Below are positions 24,615 to 37,260 of a stretch of DNA of 64,000 nucleotides, piece after piece. This stretch comes from Marsupella aquatica (Eukaryota; Plantae; Marchantiophyta). The translations under genes were made by a program, and so were the position numbers. The notes below the pieces were generated by a model. It saw nothing but the letters and a program-made list of their open reading frames with translations, searched no databases and was not told the DNA's origin. The stretch spans positions 13,515,375 to 13,579,374 of the forward strand of contig OZ316897.1 in assembly GCA_973895155.1 (NCBI GenBank), in the 5' to 3' direction. How positions within the stretch are numbered: position 1 is the first letter of the stretch; every line of letters begins with the position of its first letter.

Positions 24615-25860
24615 ATGCTTCTCTAACACTAAATATTTCAAGTCCAAATACATATATCTCACTAAAAAAAGTTACTCTTGCTTCTATTAATCGATGTAGA
24701 ATGACTTCCACATCTTACATATGCTCCCAATTGAATTGTCTCATTCCATCATTCTGCAATATCTCATTTTTTTACCTTTCGCACATCCCTTGATTGGTAT
24801 GTCATCAAAAAATGGACAAGTTTTCTTTGAAATAAATGATTGTAAAATGTGATTCATAGCATTTTGCATGTGCACCACTGAGTTTGTTACTCCTTGTGAA
24901 AGAGTACACATCTTCAATAACCCAAGTGGAGTTCTCATTGTAGTGATGTCCTGACTTCCTTTTGCAAGCTAAAACTGATCATATGTTGAGTAGAGATCTC
25001 CAATTGAATAGATGGATTTTCCAGCAAACTTCTCTGTAAATTCATCCACGATTGGACCAGTTCTTACATTTCAAATAGTAACTCTATTTGGCGGTTGCAT
25101 ATTTTGTATAAACCTTAGCTTTCCATTTTTCTTTCGAATTGTGAACCACCGATTAGAATATGGTGCCTCCGATCTCTAAAAATCTTGGCTTTTAGCTTCT
25201 CTTTTAGTAGGTCCACCAGTTGTGGTAGCAAACTTTAGAAACCAAAATAGGTTTCAAGTCTCATAATATATGTGGGACAATGAAAATCATCATTGGTGCT
25301 ATTTTGCATGGATTACCACACCCGATCTCTTCAATATTGAAGATAAATGCCTTTCCATTTTTAGGAATCATTTCTTTGAAGACATCTTGCTCAACCATGG
25401 TAAGCAAGCCATCTCTTCCAATCTTGATCTACTCCAATGTCTTCCTTGTGAATATATAGCTTATTCTCTTGGAATCTCTCAGTCTTGGTTCTTCTTGTGC
25501 TCTTCATAATAATTCTTCTACTTCCAAAGGCAATGAAACCGCTACTGGTCGAACCATTCTATCCACTATTTTTTACTTTGTGTTGACGTTCACTGTTTCA
25601 TGGACTAGATGAGATACTAGTTCATAAAGTTCTCTCCATCTCTCGATTCAATATCCATCCTGGTCTTTTTCTGCTTGTTGACATTGGTTTGTCAAAATAC
25701 TTTGAACTTGCCACAATACTTAGACTGGGATTGTGATTCATTGGATCTTTCTCTTTGAACTGTATTTCCTTTCTTCTAAGCGATCTCTTGACGTCTTCCA
25801 TTCGTTGTTGCTTTTCCTTGGACTAAATTTCTTCTTGTGACTACGAATTGTGATAACATG
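24615..25860 (-). mobile_element. Ty3/gypsy pol fragment (reverse transcriptase), degenerate
   Basis: Minus-strand APYSNRWFTIRKKNGKLRFIQNMQPPN...GPIVDEFTEKFAGKSIYSIGDLYS...MRTPLGLLKMCTLSQGVTNSVVHMQNAMNHIL...FFDDIPIKG. Confidence 0.85.
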
Positions 25861-27499
25861 ACTATGGTCAAAGAAATTAAAAAGTGGAATTTTTCAAAAA
25901 AAATTGTGCATTACCAGGTTAATGGAGCATAATTAACCCAAAAATGACTACAAAGTTTAGTTTTTAGTATGACATCCAAAAATATCGGGATAACATTTTT
26001 TTTAGAACTTGCAAATACCGTTACAATTGCACCACGAGAGAAGGCGTACAAGAATGACGACTAAAACCATAAGTTGAACATCCGGTCGGAGCCCAAAATT
26101 TGGCGATCAAGTTTTTAAGGCCACTGTAGACCAAGCATTCTTCACACTATTGAACTGTTGTTGAAACCCTAAACCTTAAACTTTGACACCAATAGGTTTG
26201 GTGTTGGATATATTGACTTGCTCTGTCTCACCTAAAATTTTTGCAAATGTATTTTTGTAACGCCTCACCATGCGATCCATGTTATGAGTAATGAACGTAG
26301 TGTGTATTTCCTAAATCTACAGATGACAAAAAAACAAAAATTACGATATAAGTAATTAACTTTCAAGTATATCCGATTAACAAAATATTTTTTTAAAATA
26401 TTTTTTTTCTTGAAAAACAAAAAAATGCACTAAAAGCTAAAAATTAAAAGATTAGGCATATTAAAAAAACAAGTGTATTAATCTGATTATCCAACTGATC
26501 AGGAGATAAGTCCACTTCTTGAGTTTGCGATGATTGAATATTCATGTATAAAATAGATGATCGCCTATGATTGATATCATAGAGCACAACTCATTGTTCA
26601 TCCGCTATCAGAATACCGTTTGGCTCACGTGGAAGGCAGCGTACGGAAGTGAAGCGCATAGAGAGGTGTGCAAGCTCTTCCTGAGGGAAGGTTGGCCAAA
26701 CTTTTGACTTGACTCTTAGACCATGTCATCTGTGACAATGTTTGGAATCGCAACTAGTGATTGCAATGCACGGTGAATTACAAAGCTAAGAGATCCCATA
26801 CCGACAATTAGTGAACACATGTCAGGACTCTTTGTCAAAATACAAGACTTTCCTAGCTCAAGGGACTTGCATCAAGCTGCTTTCTCTCCCCATGAAAGCA
26901 ATGAACAAATCCAGGGACATATGTTCTCTCCCATCTACACAAATCATCCACAAACTCCAGATAGAATTGAGTTTCCTTGAATCGGAGAAGGAATCTCCCT
27001 GGATCGCAAGTAACCTTTGCTTCGTTGCTTTTCAGCCCTTAGCTCAAATCTAGAATGTCAGATGGTAACCAAGCCAAGCCGAAGTGCTCTTTCTCTCCCT
27101 TCAGAAATTCCTCATACGATTGGAATCTTTTTAGTGTATGAAATACATTGGCATTTTATTTTACAACACCGAACACTATAATTGCACTAAATTGTCTGGA
27201 TTGTGTGGAAAAATCCTTGTATTACATGTCATTCATATTGTATCTCATCCACATCCTTGTATGAATTGTTGTTGCAAAGTCAAGGTATAGGTACAACATT
27301 TGTAGTAGTGGATCAGATCTGCGTGGGCTGACCAAATCAAAAGTAGGTTTGGTATACATCATATATTGACATTAATTTCAGTGACCAATAACAAATGTAT
27401 TTGTAGTATTACAACTAAACTATATTGTATTATTCATTTATAGATATGACATGTAACAAACAAAACACCAAGAAATCTGAACTAGGGGTGAGCAATAGC

Positions 27500-28270
27500 T
27501 TCTTGTAAAGGCTAGGAGATATAAAGTTCTCCAAAGGTCAGGTTTACTAGAAGGCAATTTATTGTTGTGTCATTTGTAACGATGGTGGGGGCTTGGTCAT
27601 TTGTGATGTCCCATGCATGAGGCCTCCCGGATGCTGACAATTATGTTCTTAAGGAATAGACGATTGTTGAGTTGGTCGGCAGTAAACATCCACAAGAACT
27701 TAGTCTTGATGAGCTCTCCTCCAAGCAAGGCAAAGTTTTGCAACCAAGCAAGCTCCTCTCATTCTTGGGCTGCTCTCTTACTCCTCGTCCTTGTATGTCT
27801 CAATGTACTCAATTGCCCGTTTGAACATGCATCCCCAAAATATGCAACTTGGTTAACGTTGTTCATTCTCACCTTCGTCGATGCTCGGTATCTAATTCTG
27901 CCATAGAGTTTGCCTAAGCACATAGTCGTTGGCTTATTACCACAATTCTCTACTTGATCAGTGCTTGCAACTGAGCCGTCGACCTCCATGAACAGTCTTT
28001 ACCCCCTCATGGTTGCCTTTATTTGGCCGTCCATTGATTACCTATGGTTAATTGTGCTTAATGTGCCCTAACCCTTATCGTGCCTTTTAGTTGCCATTGC
28101 GCCCTTATTTTTGGCCTCGGCTTGAGTTCCATGGTTACCCTTAATGATTTATGTTTTCTCTTTTCCTCTTTATACTAATATGTTTTAGTATATACCATTC
28201 GGGTTTACCATCTTAATTGGCCTAGTGATTCTTGGCTAGGCATCATAATTATTCAACTCCCCTTGATCAA
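27500..28270 (-). mobile_element. Possible LTR remnant with adjacent polypurine tract
   Basis: Minus strand reads CAAGGGGAGT followed directly by TGAATAATT at 28255 (PPT then TG). No partner LTR or coding domain found; left boundary is a guess. Confidence 0.3.
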
Positions 28271-29189
28271 CCCTCATTTGAGAGAAGCATCCATTTCTAG
28301 CAATGATCATATTTTCTAGAACAAATTTAGAAACCGCTGCTTTTTTTGTTAGATACTAGTGCCTTTCCTCTATATATGAAGAAAATTATTTTTTTGTCAA
28401 TTATATATACCACCCCTTATTCCATTTGGCATATACACTATGTTTAATACCTATTGAAAATATAAAGCCAATGAAGAAGTAAGTTTTAATCCATCTCCAT
28501 GTCTTAGATTTTGGCATACTTTACAACTTTCCTCATAGTCCCTAACATTCATATGCACTTTTAGTAAGGATTTACATCGTGCCAAGAAACATGAATTTTT
28601 TCTATTACGAGCAAAAACTTTTATCATATCAGAAAAATGTAACTGTTATGAGCAAAGCTTTTACTCATATCAGGAAATACCTACTTCGAATTTACTTCCT
28701 ATTTACAGTCACCAACAAAACAAACAAAAAATCATTCCCAAAACTCTATTCAATTTTATGTTTCCAGTGACTCAAAGTACTTATCACGACATTCAAAATA
28801 CAACTTTAATAAAAACAATGCATTGTCCAAACCTCAAAAGTACACGATCTAAATCAACTGTCAATAATACTAGCGTCAGGCGCTACCATTGATGACACTC
28901 TACTTTAAGAAACTAAAAACATATAATGTAATGATTCCCAAAAAACCTTCTGATGGGGTATAATGACCATGATTGGAAAACTAACTCTAATAAAAACAAG
29001 ATAGTATAACCCCTCATTAAATAATTAATGAATCAATATGTCAATAATACTAGCGCTGGGCGCTACCTATGATGACATTCTACATTAAAATCATGTAATG
29101 TACTCATTCTAAAAAATATTTATCTAATAATGTCGTTGTCGTGGAAATAGTAAGCTCTCAAAAACACGTCGGGTGCCTGACTGCATGTG

Positions 29190-32100
29190 CTAATTATGCT
29201 ACTTATCACTTGTAAGAGACCTCATGCTTAGAATCAATTCCCTTGAGAGCCTTGTCCTCTCTCGACCATTTTTCAAGTTCCTTGAGTTCCCTTGTGTCTC
29301 TTGCGATTTTCTCCATATAAGCTGGGTGGGAAGGGCATACCCTTTTTCGCAAGGACTCCTAAGCACTTTTGGTACCAAGAGTTATGTGTGATCTACTTCA
29401 GATATTGGCAATAACACCAGAGTAGTCGGGGCTAGGCCCACACTCCACAATCTCTCCTCCAAGTGATAATCTTCTCTACTTGCTTCTATCAACTCTCGGC
29501 TATGATCTCTCTTCTATTACACTATTATGAACACACTCACATCCCCATCTGTGCATCTATATAGTATTAATGGATCCGACGATGTGATAATTGCAGTGTA
29601 TCCTTCTTCCCCAAATTTTTGTGTAAGAACTTGTCTAATATCTACCTTTCTCTTTACTATCAACTTAATGCTTGTCAAACACTTGTCAAGGAGCTTAAGC
29701 ATCTTTTCCCCTAAAAAACTACCTAATACTTGCTCCATGTCATACCAGGGTCACAAAGAATTGACAAAACTTCTGAAATGTGCATGCAAGGTCTAAGTAC
29801 ACCATACACAAGTAGTTTCAACTCTCCACTTCTAGAGAGGTAGTCACCTTGACTACTTTTGCACTCCCACTCTTTCTCTCTCCTCTACTCCAAGGATTAG
29901 CAAGGGGGATATCCACTCCAAGCTGTCACCTTAGAGTAGACCCTAAAACAAACACCCAAGAACCCCAAGTACTTTTCTCTTCAAGCTTAAGTCTCATCAA
30001 GATCCTCCAGGTAGTGTTACCCCTTAACCTTGCCCCCCTGGCCTTGGTTTGGGTCCACACACCCCCTTGAGCTCTAGAAAAACTCTTCTTGCAAAGAACT
30101 CTTCCTCTTGGTTCTCACACAAAGCAAGGTACTTTCCACCCTCAAGATACAATCCTCTCTAAACCCCAAAGTAGTGCTCCACCTTAACCTTGCCTCCCTG
30201 GCCTTGGTTGTATACCAGCACATCCCCTTCACGATTAGACCAAGATTGCATCATAGCATGGACTCTTCTCTTGCTCTCAAACACTTCACATTTAGTCACA
30301 CTTAGTGGTCACAATGAAGATTGGAAGAATCCTTTTATTGTATACTCAATCCTTACATAAAAGGTCACTACACACTCTCCACACTAAGCATGGACCTCCT
30401 TCCCCTTCTCAATCTTAGCCCCAACTTGCAAGGTAGAGCTTACACTTAAGAATGAGACTTCTGGTCCTCAACAAATGAAATCTTCCACCTTATATACTAT
30501 TCTCCTTTCACACCACACCAAGCTTGACCTGGGGTGCAACTATACCTCCCCCAAGTCCTCCTAACACACCAAGTCCAAACTATAGTTCATAGCTCACTCT
30601 ACAACCTATTGCTTGACTCCTTTCAAGCCCTGGAATATGCCGCACATGAGTTGCATGCTTTGACCTCCAAACCTGCTCCCACTTATGGTCCTCTTCATCA
30701 GCTTTCCAACACACTTGAAAGCTCGCAAAAAGAGTACTTGAGTCCAAAGTTATGCCTAGTCAAAGTTGACCTTTTTTGACTTGTACCCCTTATACTACCC
30801 TAAGCAAACTACCCTCTATACTCACTTCTATTAACTTGATGGCCTTGCACTTTCGGCCAAAGGTAAGTAACCTTCCCTAGAGCCTTACTAAAGTGGTATG
30901 GGTACCCAAAGTGTTTGGCCCTACATCTGGTATTCATTCCCCCTTGGCAGCTCCCGTTTGCAAGCTAGCGGGACCCCTCATGGCGACGGTTTAAAATATC
31001 TCTGGGTATTTCTTTTCCTGGGTTTCTACCTTCACTCAACGATGCTTTACCTTCCCTTGAATCGGCACAAAAAAATATGGGCCCCAACGGATGCCCCTAG
31101 CTCAAGTTATGACATTTTCCCTCTCTCAATCCCTTATGTGCAAAAGGGCTCCGAATTACACTGTCATAGGTCCCGGTTTACACTTATGTGTATACCAGGT
31201 GTCGACCTGAGAGAGTTCCTCATAAGGTCCAGTCTTTTCAGAAGCTATAGAGTTTAGCATCTTGCCTGATTGTGCAGTTGATTTGAGGATGATTCCTTGA
31301 CTAATTGCTTGATTGATTTTTGTAGTAGCTTCTCCTCTGATTTATGACTGAGTCCCTTCTAATTGTTGGGCTGGATTGTGATTGAGTTGCTCAGGAGTAG
31401 CCATAGCTCATAACTGCTGTAAATTGCAGCAGCTGGTCAATTCTCAGCACATGGATTCTCAATTGCCAGCCATTCTCTTTTGAATTTTCTCAGCACAAGC
31501 TTACCTACTCGCAGATTGAATCAGCCAGCACATTGAATCAGCCAGCACATTGAATCAGCCAGTGGAGTGAATCAGCCAGCAGCATCCACGTTTTCCTTGG
31601 CAGCAAGCTCTATAGCCTATGTAGTGCCTGCCCTTTCTCAATTTGTCAACATCCAAGCAGAGATCACGTTTACTAGACAGCTGCTGCATCAATTTCACAT
31701 TGCCTAAGTTAGCTGATCTCGTGCTGGAGCAACAATAGCCCACCATAGATTTTCCACCATGTGATTTCATAGTCTAATCACTCAACTCGCAGCCGCCCTC
31801 GTGCTTAGACTCCTTCCTGCCTCGTGCTAGCCTCGTCGCAGCCGAGTCATCGCGTTTCCACACTTAGAAAAAATTTGGTTCTCTCGCGGGAGAAAACTTT
31901 GTACTAGCCCTTTTTAAAGCCATGCCAAAAATCACCCATAGGTCGAAAAGAACTTCTGAGCAGATTTATGGGATCCTTGGACATAGGACTCCCTCCTGAA
32001 TTTGTCAAACGCACTAGATACCCCATACTGACTTTTCTAAAAATACCTAAGTTTGCGCACATCTATAGGTTGCATTATTTTTCCCAATCTTTGAGGTGCT

Positions 32101-32530
32101 CCCAAAAACTAACCAAAGTTGATAAATTACTTCTTAGACTTTCAAGGGATATTATGGGCTATACTATACCCAATTTTAACCTCGAACCAAAAATATCTAC
32201 CCCTTGGCTAATTTCTCCGGGACCCGCTAGATGGTTATTTTAAGTTCAGCCAAAATACTCACAATTCCTAGGTTGAGACCCTACTTCACTTCATAATTTT
32301 TCAGGGTTCCCTAGGGACCTCCCCGCACCCATGGGAGAAATATTAGCCAAAAATGAGATGTCAGGTGTTGGGTCATTTTCCGGTCCCGACTTAGTCGCCT
32401 ATCCTAACTAAGGAAATAATATTTGCTGCCCTACCATAAAGACCTCACTTATCCCTTTACATCTTCTTAGAACAACATATTTTTCTCTTCCATGATTCCC
32501 TACTATCCTTCCTTAGTGACTTAGGGTTGC
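29190..32530 (-). mobile_element. Unclassified LTR-retrotransposon-like sequence (leader/LTR-type), truncating the hAT
   Basis: Strong strand skew, internal duplications (~29990-30060 / ~30160-30230; TTGAATCAGCCAGCACA repeats at 31516-31580) and an LTR-end-like AAAATGAGATGTCA at ~32350-32363. No diagnostic protein motif or clear PBS. Confidence 0.35.
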
Positions 32531-32553
32531 AAACCCTAAGTACTTTACTAATG

Positions 32554-34349
32554 CTAAAATGTATTTCTTACTATCCTTGTACAAAAAGCAAAAAAAATGA
32601 TGAGTTTCTTACATACCCTATTTTGAGCTAGTCCACACACATCTTCATCTTCATCGGAGAAAAATTGAGGATTCAAATATGCTGCTGCTAACATGAAATC
32701 AGTAGTAAGTGATTTTCGTCGATCCATATACACTTTTATTATCTTTGGTTTTAAGTAATCCGTTACTAATGTACATCCCTCCATGCTCACCTCCAGTTTA
32801 GCTATTCCTTTTTTCAAGCTCCAATATAGCCAAGGAGACTGTGGTGAAACTCCATCGAATTCTCGCAACATCTTCACCAACGACAGAAAAAAAGTGACTA
32901 TAGATTTTACTTGAGTCCAAAATATATTTTGTTGTATCCATGATTTAAGTTGGTCTGCCTTTGCCCTCGTCATATGCCCCTGTGACTTTGGTAAAACTAG
33001 CAGTCGATCACGATAGGATTGCCATTTATCATCAATGACCATTTGTTGTAAAGCTCATCTCAGCTCCAATGCTCTCTGCGTCATTAAATTTTTTGTTGCA
33101 AATCTTGTCGCATTTGAATTTAACAACTTCCTATAACCAAATTTTCTCACAAATATTGCAGACAACTTTTGTGATGATATAACTACTTTAATTATCAATC
33201 TCAAGTGCTTAAAAATCAATTTGAATGGATTTTTTTTTGCTCATCTAGCACTACATTCTTGTGGCCACACATGTCTTCTAGTAACAAATTAAATACGTGG
33301 GCAGCACACTAACTCCACGTCACATGCAGATATTTTTTCATGACTATCTCTTCACCTGCTACACGATTCGCAGGCGCCCCATCGGTAAAAATTTGTACGA
33401 TGTGATCGGCGCCAATGTCATCTATGTATTTTAACCACATGTCACCAAGATACTTCCCATCTTTCTTGTCGGCTTGCGCAATGTTTCAACTATCCAAAAA
33501 GAAGTCTCCTTTTAAACTCAACAACATGACATTCATCAAAGGTTCTCTTTGGATATTTTCCCATCCATCGGATGAAAGGGAATATCCAAAGGGTTTTACC
33601 TCCTTCATTGTTTTTGTCATGTCCTTTGTAAGATCAATTCTAGCCTCTTCCAATAATTTCATTCACAAATTTTGCATACCTGGAAGAGAATATCCATTTA
33701 CAATCCCTTTTGAGGTTTCTATGACTGCTTCACGGAAAAAAAGATTCTCCGACACATTGAATGAAATATCACTTGAATAAAAAGTTTTTGCCCACAACTT
33801 AACCAAATGAGCTCTATTTGGAATTTGATAAACATTCATGATTGAGTTTGCAAAATTTGATGCCCTAGTTCGATGACTCATATTTCCATCCTCATTGAGG
33901 TCAACAAAATTTGAGTCTCGAGTTGATGCTTGCGAATTGGAAGATAGGTTATATGACCTACGACCTCTCATGGATAACAAAACATGACTTCCATCACTTC
34001 GTTTGTACTTTATGGATAGGTCAACTTTTATGACATTGTACATTCTATTGATGTCATCTAAGTCAACAACTCCATACAAGTCTGTGCAAGGTGGCGCATC
34101 TCCCTTATGTATATTTCTCATCAAATGTGCTTTTGCTCGTGTTGCATGATGCATTGTATATTTCTTGCAAAATTTGCATCTTTGATATATAAGATTAATA
34201 TCATTACATGCTGATGGCATATCACATCATTCAAAATATTTCCACACTAGGGAAAATTTTGCACTACGATCTCGATTATGATTTTCACCGTGCCTAACAG
34301 GAGTAGAATGAGTTAATAAGTTGCTTGACTCATCTTCTTTGGAAGACAT
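32554..34349 (-). pseudogene. hAT-superfamily transposase (BED finger + DUF659/RNase H-like core), disrupted and C-terminally truncated
   Basis: VWKYF...CKFCKKYTMHHATRAKAHL (BED); ISFNVSEN.FFRE; SSDGWENIQREPLMNV; IGADHIVQIFTDGAPA; CAAHVFNLLLEDM; ATRFAT; LVKMLREFDG; LAAAYLNPQFF. No dimerisation domain seen. Confidence 0.9.
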
Positions 34350-35473
34350 GATCGAAAAAAAAACTTTACACACAAAGTGTCTTCTTATACGTTGCTAAAC
34401 ATAGTCACTTAATAACATTTCAATGATTATTTGTCCATTTAGAATCAAACACATGACCAATTAGGTGTCGAAAGGAGGATAATCATGGAAACATGCCCAA
34501 TAGCATCCAAACACCTTGTTGTTTACATATTCAAATATTATTGGACCATGTGTACCAAAGGGGTGAGTTATTACCCCTCCAAAGCACTATAAATAAGAAG
34601 CCTGCTCCTTGGGGGTGGCATGGTGAGTTTTCTTTGTTATTCCAAACTTATGTGCAAGAATAGTGTGGGAAGTATAAGAATTCATAGAATGTGCTTGGAA
34701 GCTAGAGATGTGACATTATTAGAAAGTTATTAAATAGTAAAGGTTGTACTATATAGGAAATAATTATGATATATTTTTCTTAGGGAAATAATATTCTAAC
34801 TTTGATCACCTTGATGAGCACACCAAGTTTGCTTTTGGAATCACTTGATTTTGGTATAATACTAGAAAGTTATGATGACTTGAAGGTTTGGATTATGCTC
34901 AAATAGAACCATATTTTTCTGAGTTTGAATATTGCTTGTAATATTTTCCTAGAATAAGATGCATATTTGAAATTTTTTCCTAGAAATAGACAAGAAGCTA
35001 TGTCATGCCTAGGAAAAAGTTTCGAGGGTATATCTATCTTTAAGCAAGATATATAGTATGGTGACGGTGACAGGGTCTTCATAGCCTGCAATCTAGATAG
35101 GTCCACCATTTTTCTTTGTACCTATTGATGGAGATAGAGTTTTGACTCGAACCTTTGAGGGATGATAGGATAGTAAGTACTTGGCTTGTTTGATATGGTA
35201 CAAAGGAAATTGACAACCGTAGGTGAATTTCCTATGTTCAAAAAGCTTGTACTGTGATTCTGAATTACAAGATGGACCTCAATAGAGTTCCTAGACCTAA
35301 TTTTAGTATAAATTGTAATGTTTGGGTGATATGTCGCCAAAAAATTGAGTTTCAAGCCTTCATCATCAGAAACTTTGGGGAGTCGGCATATACCATGATC
35401 ATTTCATCCCCAATTCCATTCGTTGTTCCCATGACAATTGAGCGATTTTGGGTAATGATCGTAGTGTTTTATT

Positions 35474-36818
35474 AGCACGTCGTATCGCATTGTTCTTCCG
35501 ACAAACAGAAGCCCGGGCTTTCTCGACATCGCCCACGAACTTCATGACATATTTGGTGAACTCGACGTGAAAGATTCAGGGCTAGAGAACCTGCGCACTG
35601 TAAAATGACAAATGAGGAAGGAGAAGGAGGACCGCCAATGATGTTTGATGCATTAACCATGCAAATGCTTCACGCCTTCAACCTGTACATGAAGGAGCAA
35701 CAAGCGGTGGAGAAGAAGGAGGCGTTGGCAACCAAAGCACTACAAGCTATTGTCAACAAAAATAATCAATTTGATGGGCGGAATGTTTCAAAGTACCTGC
35801 GTTTCTATACTCGCGAGATGGAGTTAAGCAAAGTACCTGAAAGTGGGATGATTGCAAGCTTTGAGCTTGCCGTCTTGCCAGAGCTTCGTGAGCAAATCAA
35901 GAAGCTGATGGAGAGGCATGGAGAAACCTGGGAGACATTCTCTAGAGCCTTGAAGGATGAATATTTCATGGAGGATTCAGAGCGAGTCACAAAACGATCC
36001 TTTCTAGAATGGGTGACGTGCCCGCAGAAGGGGCTTTCAGCCAACAAACTACACAGAGAATTTGATAGACAATTTTCACAATTGTCTAGAACTGAAAAGC
36101 TGACTTTCGAGGCGGAGAAAACCGAGTTATTTCTCCAAGCTACCGATGCTACATTACAAGAGATGTTGGAGCCATTGTTGGAAGACACGACTGAAGAGCG
36201 AGGATGAAGATCAGTTGGAAAGATGTGGAGGAAGCAGTGTCACTCCTAACAAAGAGGCAGCGGAGGAGAGATAAGATCATGATAAGCAAGAAATCTCCTA
36301 CTAGACGTTTGGGAGAACCTCGGGTGGAGCCAGTACCAAAGTCTACAATTGCAGCAAGATCAAGTGAGGAGTCAAACATAGAGGAGTTGGTGAAAGGAAT
36401 GAGAGAGTTGCGCATCAAACTAACAAGATTAGAGGAGAAGGGTCAATCATCGGAAGCCAAACCTGTACATCGGGAAGGGTTTATCTCACGATGCATGTGG
36501 TGCGACAGCACATACCATGCTCGAAGTGCTTGTGAAGATTTTAAAGATGCAATGAGAAATAATGTGGTCTTCTTCAAAGAAGGGAGAATATGCTCAAAGG
36601 AAACTGGTCTCCTGATAAAGACCAACTTTGGTCGAGGAGGAATGAAGAAAGTTTTGGATGAGATGGCGGCGGCAAATGCAACGGCATCTGTTGAAGCGGC
36701 AGTCTATGGTGCAAAGGTGGAACCTGCAAGACACGAGTGTAAGCAAGCCCAAATGACATGCAACAATGTACCAGGAGAAGCCCGGGCTTTCCCGACATCG
36801 CCCACGAACTTCACGACA
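35474..36818 (+). mobile_element. Internally deleted Ty3/gypsy element with tRNA-Trp PBS; gag 35605-~36770 between two LTR-end copies
   Basis: 43-bp direct repeat ending ...GACA at 35507-35549 and 36776-36818 (2 mismatches). PBS TGGTGAACTCGACGTGAA at 35554-35571 has 1 mismatch to the complement of the plant tRNA-Trp 3' end as I recall it. gag FDGRNVSKYLRFYTREMEL...LKDEYFMEDSERVTKRSFLEWV, with a CMWCDSTYHARSAC knuckle. Confidence 0.85.
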
Positions 36819-37260
36819 CCGGGCCGGGCCTCCCTCCTCCCTACTCCCGGGCTTATTTCCTCCTCACCCGAGCCGGGCCGGGATGTAAATCCGGGGGCCG
36901 GGCCGTAAAGCCAAGGCATAAAGCCGGGGCCGGGGCCGGGATGGCAGCAGGCAGGCCGGGTCCGGGTCCGGGTGACGAGAGGGAGGGGAGGGGCCGGGCC
37001 GGTAGTCGGGAAAGGAAGCACGATAGAGTCCGGGAAGAGGCCGAGAAGAGTTCGGGCCGGGCCAAGCCGGGGAATAACGGCAAATATGCATCAAATGAGG
37101 GCATTTTAGGCCGGCAAATGACAAGTTTAAGTGCCGGGCAACTCAGCAAGTTGCCAGTCACATCAAACCGGGGGGTCAGGGGTTGATTGGGGCACTTTTA
37201 AACATAGGGGGTCGATCAAGGAGGAAAGAGTCCACAGGGGTATATACCTCGAGTTTTACT
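36819..37260. mobile_element. GC-rich CCGGG-repeat tract ending in a Mutator-like terminal sequence
   Basis: Dense GGGCCGGG/CCGGG units at 36819-37140, then G-run-punctuated ...AAAACATAGGGGG...CCACAGGGGTATATACCTCGAGTTTTACTT, reminiscent of MULE TIR ends. Matching left TIR not found. Confidence 0.3.

Noticed and set aside
25860-27480. AT-rich segment possibly part of a Helitron or other DNA transposon
   Set aside because: No TIR pair, TSD, clear terminal hairpin+CTRR or coding motif could be identified.
36704-37186. Several overlapping Pro/Gly/Arg-rich ORFs on both strands
   Set aside because: These are a by-product of the GC-rich CCGGG repeat tract lacking stop codons; no domain motifs.
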